A stretch of 64,000 bases of DNA, from contig JBGAIQ010000005.1 in NCBI GenBank assembly GCA_044225365.1, forward strand, positions 1-64,000, in the 5' to 3' direction. Shown here piece by piece: positions 59,024-64,000 of the stretch (within the stretch, counting starts at the first letter, position 1; each line of letters opens with the position of its first letter). Under the pieces are notes generated by a model. It ran no database searches. It was not told the origin of the DNA and saw only the letters and a list, made by a program, of their open reading frames with translations. This DNA comes from Planctomycetota bacterium (GTDB lineage: Bacteria > Planctomycetota > B15-G4 > JADJEK01). The position numbers were made by a program, and so were the translations under genes.

Positions 59024-61357
59024 TCATTCCTGCGGATACACGATCACTCGGTCGTGGACGATGATCGCCACGTCCGGCTTGCCGTCGCCCGTGCAGTCCG
59101 CGACGACGACCTCGCGCGGCTCGCGACCGCCGCGCTCCACCTCGAAGATCCGCGTCTCGAAGATCGTGAAACGAATCGCGTACTCGAGACTGTCCTTTCG
59201 GATCGCAGCGAACAGGAGTTGATGATCGACGGTCTCGCTGATCGCGACGTCGGCATTCTTGTCGCCATTCACGTCCCCCACCGCGAGGCGATCGGGAAAC
59301 GCGTTCTTCAGCGGGAGATCGAAGTCCGCGACGACGGAGAAGCCCGCGTCGCTCGCTCCGTTCTTCACGACGGCGAGGCGATCGGCCGCGCCGACGACGA
59401 TGTCCTGACGACCGTCGCCATCGAGATCGGCGCCCGCGATCATCGCGGGCGCGACGCCTGCGAGATCGACCTTGGCCTTGCGCACGGTCTGGTCGGCGTC
59501 GACCGCCCAGACCTCGAGATGCGCGCCGGTCTTGTTCGAGACCAGGAGCTCGTTCTTGCCGTCCCCATCGAGATCGAGCAATGTGACGCGATCGACCTGC
59601 GCCGCGGGATCGTCGAGATTCAACTGCAACACCGTCTGCGGCTTGCCATCGGCGTCGAGGTAGATCGCGCGGGCGAAGTTGCCCTTCGGAACGATCAGCT
59701 CGTTCTTGCCGTCTCCGTCGGCGTCTCCGAACGTGAGTTGCGTACGCTCGAGCCCGTTCAAGATGCCGAGGCCGCGTTCCTCGAGTTTGACGTCCGCGTA
59801 CTTGCCGTCCGCCGTCGCGAGCAGGAGTCGTGGAAGACTGCGCGGGAAGAACAGGAGCGCGTCGCGCTTGCCGTCGCGATTCACGTCGATGAGCCAGAGA
59901 TCGGCCGGATCCTTCGGCAACTTGCCGAGATCGAACGTCGACCGCACCGCACCCTTCTCGTCGAGCGCGACGAGCGCGCCCTTCCGGTCCGAGCCCTTTC
60001 CGGACGCGGACACGATCACGATCTCGGCCTTCTTGTCGCCGTCGAGATCCGCGGCGTCGAGTGCGACGACGTCGCCGCCGTCCGGGATCGGTAGTGCGTT
60101 GGGGAACGCGATCCCCGACTTCGGGTCGACCTTTGCGACGCCGATCACGCGTTCGGCGGCCGAGGCCACCACGAGTTCGAGTCTGCCGTCGCCGTCGACG
60201 TCTGCGAGACGCGGCTTGGCGACGCCGGAGAACGACGCCGCGATCTCGGGCGCGATGCTGCCGCCGAGGAGATCGCGATACAACACGACCTGCGCCGCGC
60301 TCGGCTCGACGACGAGCAATTCGGACTTGTGATCGCCGTCGATGTCGCCGAAGACGAACTCGCGCTGATCCGCGTCCTTGATCGCTTGGAACGCGACCGA
60401 GCGCAGTTGCGATAGCGGCCCGTTGTCCGTCGTCTCGTCCTTCTTGTATCGCAGCAGCGCGAGGCGGCCGCTCTTGCTGCGGATCGCGACCGCTTCGGCG
60501 CCGGGCTCGTTGTCGAAATCGCCGACGACGAGCGCGCGGATCTCCGCGAAGCGCGAGGCGAGCTCGGGACCGAACGTCGCGCCGCCCTTGCCGAGCCGGA
60601 AGCGGATGGGCCACTCCGAATTGCCGACTGCGTAGGTGAGGTCGAGCTTGCCGTCGCCGTCGACGTCGAGGAGGTTCAACTGATCGGCGCCGCGAGTGGC
60701 GTTCGGCAAGCGCTTGCCCTCACCGAAACGACCGCCCTTGTCGGCACCGCTCGAGAGGAACAGATAGGTGTCATCGACACCGAGCACGACGAGATCGAGC
60801 TTGCCGTCACCGTCGAGATCTCCCGACTTCAACGCGCTGTTGACGCCGCTCGCCTTCGTCACGTCGAGCCGCTGGACGAGCGAGTAGTCGGCGTGGTCGC
60901 CGCGCTTCTCGATCGTGACCTTCCCGGAATCACCGAGGTAGATCAACTCGGGCTTCTTGTCGCCGTCGAGATCGGCGAACGCGATCGCGGAGACCTTCTC
61001 CTCGACCGGCACGCTCTCGCGCACGAACGTGGTCTCGTCCGGGAGATCGTTCATCCGCTCGCGGCCTTCGCCCTTCTTGCCGTCGGTGGCCTTCTCGCCG
61101 GCCTTGGGCCGGCGCAGCAGTTCGATGCGTGCGCGCCCGTTGTTGACGAGAGCGAGGTCGCCCAGGCCGTCGCCGTCCACGTCGGCCGCGACGAGATCGC
61201 TGATCCCTTCACCGATCTTGGAGACGAGCAGCCCCTTCCACCCATAGTCGCCGGCGATCTTGCTGATCGTGTCCGAAGTCGTGTCGGTGTCGCCCGGCGC
61301 GACAGCCGGGGTGCAGGGAACGAACGCGAGCAGCACGGAAGCAATCGACGAAACCAT
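59024..61357 (-). CDS. Secreted FG-GAP/VCBS repeat protein
   Basis: About 14 D[LV]DGDGxx[DE] repeats; C-terminal EPREVVVADCTGDGKPD...YPQE. Confidence 0.88.
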   Translation of the reverse strand: MVSSIASVLLAFVPCTPAVAPGDTDTTSDTISKIAGDYGWKGLLVSKIGEGISDLVAADVDGDGLGDLALVNNGRARIELLRRPKAGEKATDGKKGEGRERMNDLPDETTFVRESVPVEEKVSAIAFADLDGDKKPELIYLGDSGKVTIEKRGDHADYSLVQRLDVTKASGVNSALKSGDLDGDGKLDLVVLGVDDTYLFLSSGADKGGRFGEGKRLPNATRGADQLNLLDVDGDGKLDLTYAVGNSEWPIRFRLGKGGATFGPELASRFAEIRALVVGDFDNEPGAEAVAIRSKSGRLALLRYKKDETTDNGPLSQLRSVAFQAIKDADQREFVFGDIDGDHKSELLVVEPSAAQVVLYRDLLGGSIAPEIAASFSGVAKPRLADVDGDGRLELVVASAAERVIGVAKVDPKSGIAFPNALPIPDGGDVVALDAADLDGDKKAEIVIVSASGKGSDRKGALVALDEKGAVRSTFDLGKLPKDPADLWLIDVNRDGKRDALLFFPRSLPRLLLATADGKYADVKLEERGLGILNGLERTQLTFGDADGDGKNELIVPKGNFARAIYLDADGKPQTVLQLNLDDPAAQVDRVTLLDLDGDGKNELLVSNKTGAHLEVWAVDADQTVRKAKVDLAGVAPAMIAGADLDGDGRQDIVVGAADRLAVVKNGASDAGFSVVADFDLPLKNAFPDRLAVGDVNGDKNADVAISETVDHQLLFAAIRKDSLEYAIRFTIFETRIFEVERGGREPREVVVADCTGDGKPDVAIIVHDRVIVYPQE

Positions 61358-61487
61358 CCGCAAAGCCTCTCGAACGATGACGCGGGAATCGAGCGAGTCT
61401 ACGGGAGGACTTCCGGGCAGGAAAGCATGGAGACTCGCCCAGATTCACACGGCGGGCGGCGACGGGATCGGCTTCGGGGGAGCCGGG

Positions 61488-63053
61488 TCAGAGGCAGCGC
61501 AGGTAGGCGGTGAGAGCTTTCTTGTCCGGCGCCGAGAGTTTCAGCGAGAGCGTCAGGTTGAAGAATTCGACCGTGTCCTCGAGCGTCAGGCAGCGGCCGT
61601 CGTGCAGGTACGGCGGGCTGTCCTTGATCCCTCGCAGGGTGAACGTCTTGATCGGACCATCGCCCGCCTCGTTGGCGACGAATCGCTCGAAGTGCAGGTT
61701 GTGCATCTGCTGATCGAGGTAGTAGGGCGCGGGATGACACGTCGCGCAACCTGCGGCGCCGAAGAACAGCTCCGATCCGCGCTTCTCCTCGGGCGTGGCT
61801 TTCGAAAGATCGAGTCGTCCGGTGATCGGATCGAGCTTCGGCGCGGGCGGGAAGTCGAGCATGTTCTGGAATTGCGCCATGTGGCTCACTTGAACGCGAT
61901 CGAGGAAGTTCATGCCCTTCTTGATCGCGTGGATCTCGTCGCCGTTGAAGTACGCGGAGCGCTGCTCGAACTCCGTGAAGTCCTCGACCGATCGCAGACT
62001 CCGCTTGCTGCCGTGGATCTGCTGCTCGCCGACGCCGCGCAGGCTCACGGTGTCGAGACGGAATCGCCGCTCCTGCGGCCGCAGATCGGGGGAGAGATGG
62101 AACTGTCCCGTGGTGTGACCGTTCACGTGGCAGTCGAAGCAGGTCACGCCGAGGCTCGGCTCCGCCGTCTTTCGATCGTCGGTCGGGTTGAACTCCTCCT
62201 GGGAGAACGGAGTCACGAGCAGTCGCAGACCATCGAGCTGGACCGGAGTGAGAACGCTCTTGAACAGCGAGTAGTAGTTGTTGATCGACACGACCTGGCC
62301 GCGCGACACGTCGCCGAGCTCCGGGCGATTGACGAGGAAGATCGCGGGCGGGAATTCGGGGAGGAAGGCCTCGTGGAGATCGAAATCGACGTCGAACCGC
62401 TGCAGGCGAGGGAACATCTCGAGCTGCATCTTGGGAAACACCTGCCCGCCGTTCACCTGCAGTGGATGCGGGAGCGCGGGGTACGGGAACACGCCGCTCT
62501 TACGGACGTCGTCGGCCGACATCGCGGCGAGCGCTTCCCAGGTCGTGCCCGCCGCGAGACGCGCGGTCGGCCCCACGTTCACGGGCTTGCCGCGCGACAT
62601 CGTGACCGCAGGATCGGGATGCGGCGTGAGGTCGTAGCGCGCCGCCAGCAACGCCGCCTGTTCCGACATCACCCGCGGCTTCGCATTGGATTCCTTCGCC
62701 ATGATGTCCTCGAACTTCGCGCCGGGCTTGTCGGCGTTGAGGGGATCGCGCACGAAATCGAATCCGGTGATCCGGCCGCCGTTCGGTTGCTTGGTCACGG
62801 CGGCCGAGACGACCATGGGCTCCGCGCCGTCCAGCAGCGGAGACTTGTCGTGCTCGGTGAGGTTCTGTTCCGGTCGCTGCGCCGCGGGCTTCGCGGGAGT
62901 CTGGGCGGCTGCGATCGCATCGAAGGTCGTCGATCGGGTCGGGCTCGCGAGCGCGATCGCGGATCCCAGTAGAGCGAGAGATCCCGAGCGGAAGATGCGA
63001 TGCGTGCCGCTTCGGGCATGGTGATGGAAGGCGTGGGCGAAGCGAACGAACAT
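61488..63053 (-). CDS. Di-heme cytochrome c (peroxidase/MauG-like fold)
   Basis: CFDCH and CATCH; TFTLRGIKDSPPYLHDGRCLTLEDTV. Confidence 0.85.
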   Translation of the reverse strand: MFVRFAHAFHHHARSGTHRIFRSGSLALLGSAIALASPTRSTTFDAIAAAQTPAKPAAQRPEQNLTEHDKSPLLDGAEPMVVSAAVTKQPNGGRITGFDFVRDPLNADKPGAKFEDIMAKESNAKPRVMSEQAALLAARYDLTPHPDPAVTMSRGKPVNVGPTARLAAGTTWEALAAMSADDVRKSGVFPYPALPHPLQVNGGQVFPKMQLEMFPRLQRFDVDFDLHEAFLPEFPPAIFLVNRPELGDVSRGQVVSINNYYSLFKSVLTPVQLDGLRLLVTPFSQEEFNPTDDRKTAEPSLGVTCFDCHVNGHTTGQFHLSPDLRPQERRFRLDTVSLRGVGEQQIHGSKRSLRSVEDFTEFEQRSAYFNGDEIHAIKKGMNFLDRVQVSHMAQFQNMLDFPPAPKLDPITGRLDLSKATPEEKRGSELFFGAAGCATCHPAPYYLDQQMHNLHFERFVANEAGDGPIKTFTLRGIKDSPPYLHDGRCLTLEDTVEFFNLTLSLKLSAPDKKALTAYLRCL

Positions 63054-63096
63054 GGAACTCTCCTCGAGCACCGATGGGATGGCGGAGCGAGGATTC

Positions 63097-63112
63097 AGCA
63101 AACGCGGAGCCG
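63097..63112 (-). promoter_or_regulatory. Putative sigma-54 promoter for the di-heme cytochrome
   Basis: Minus strand CGGCTCC-GCGT-TTGCT with GG-N10-GC spacing. Confidence 0.4.
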
Positions 63113-63362
63113 CGTGTGCGGCCACCGGCACGGCCGGCTCCCTCGCCATGCATGAACGGCGGAAGAACGGCGCGCCGCACATGCCTCGTCGAGCGCGCGA
63201 CCGTGGGCGCGAGCTGCGGGCCGAGCGGGAAGATTGAAGAAAACGCATCCGACGACCAGCCCATGCCGCTCGCGGATCGACGAATCGAGAGCGGGATCGC
63301 GCTCGATTCGCCCCCTCATCGAATGGGTGGCGACTCCCATGCGCTTGTGATCGCACGTCGCG

Positions 63363-63378
63363 CGGCACGGCTTCTGCT
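63363..63378 (+). promoter_or_regulatory. Putative sigma-54 promoter for the DUF748-like gene
   Basis: CGGCACG-GCTT-CTGCT with GG-N10-GC spacing. Confidence 0.5.
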
Positions 63379-63392
63379 GGCCTCGCCCGCTC

Positions 63393-64000
63393 GTGAGACG
63401 ATTCCTCCCATCCCGGTTCGGCAAGATCGTCCTCGTGCTCGCGGTGCTCCTCGCGGCGTGCCGGGTGGCGCTACCGTTCGTGGTGCGCGGATACGTGGTG
63501 CGCACTCTCAACGCCGGCGGCGAGTACGACGCGTCGATCCGCGACCTCGACATCTCGCTATGGCGAGGCGCGTACTCGATCGAGGGGATCACGATCGACA
63601 AGCGGGACAAGCAGGGTCGAACCCCATTCCTCTACATCGAGCGGCTCGAGATCGCGCTCGACGGACGGTCGCTGCTCCATGGCCGCATCCTGGCGGCGAC
63701 CCGCCTCGAGTCTCCGGTCGTGAACTTCGAGATCGCGAAGGAGACTCGCGAGACGCAGGTGGGAACGGGCGTGGCGTGGCAGGATCGGCTCGCGGACCTC
63801 GCGCCGGTCGACATCCAGCGGTTCGTCGTCGCCGGCGGCTTCGTGCACTTCCTCGACGCCACCCGAGATCCCAAGATCGACGTGTTCGCGATGGCGATCG
63901 CCGTCGAGGCGAAGAACCTCAAGAATCGCTCGGAGTATGGCGCCTCGGATCCCGCGACCTTGCACGTCAGCGCGCGCACGGTCGGGAACGGCGAAGTGCG
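63393..64000 (+). CDS. DUF748/AsmA-like protein, N-terminal part (3' truncated; absent from the ORF track)
   Basis: GTG start, N-terminal TM helix, then RVALPFVVRGYV...DLDISLWRGAYSI...LLHGRI; frame open to the window edge. Confidence 0.75.
   Translation, partial: MRRFLPSRFGKIVLVLAVLLAACRVALPFVVRGYVVRTLNAGGEYDASIRDLDISLWRGAYSIEGITIDKRDKQGRTPFLYIERLEIALDGRSLLHGRILAATRLESPVVNFEIAKETRETQVGTGVAWQDRLADLAPVDIQRFVVAGGFVHFLDATRDPKIDVFAMAIAVEAKNLKNRSEYGASDPATLHVSARTVGNGEV

Overview
High-GC bacterial chromosomal window, most likely from an uncultured Planctomycetota lineage. This is inferred from a TIGR02999-type ECF sigma factor plus Ser/Thr kinase, an EutN/CcmL plus class II aldolase pair, a sulfatase, and many secreted FG-GAP, kelch and TolB-like proteins. 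I call about 42 CDS and 3 tRNAs (Leu-TAA, Cys-GCA, Arg-CCG). They include a surface-glycan cluster (epimerase, AsnB-type amidotransferase, GT4s, a nitroreductase-methyltransferase fusion), a B12 radical SAM enzyme, a sigma-54 activator, an RND plus Fe-type/Mod hybrid transporter run, a 9-heme cytochrome c and a di-heme cytochrome. I found no integrase, transposase or CRISPR array. Main candidates for novelty: (1) a shared ~120-aa terminal domain on five otherwise unrelated secreted proteins, including the multiheme cytochrome, plus one weaker N-terminal copy, which suggests an unnamed surface-sorting or anchoring module; (2) an apparently unannotated sigma-54-driven small RNA directly downstream of the sigma-54 activator, with tandem enhancer-like dyads; (3) mosaic hexamer/heptamer repeats in inverted orientation flanking two small genes. 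All calls come from reading motifs by eye; no database searches were run.
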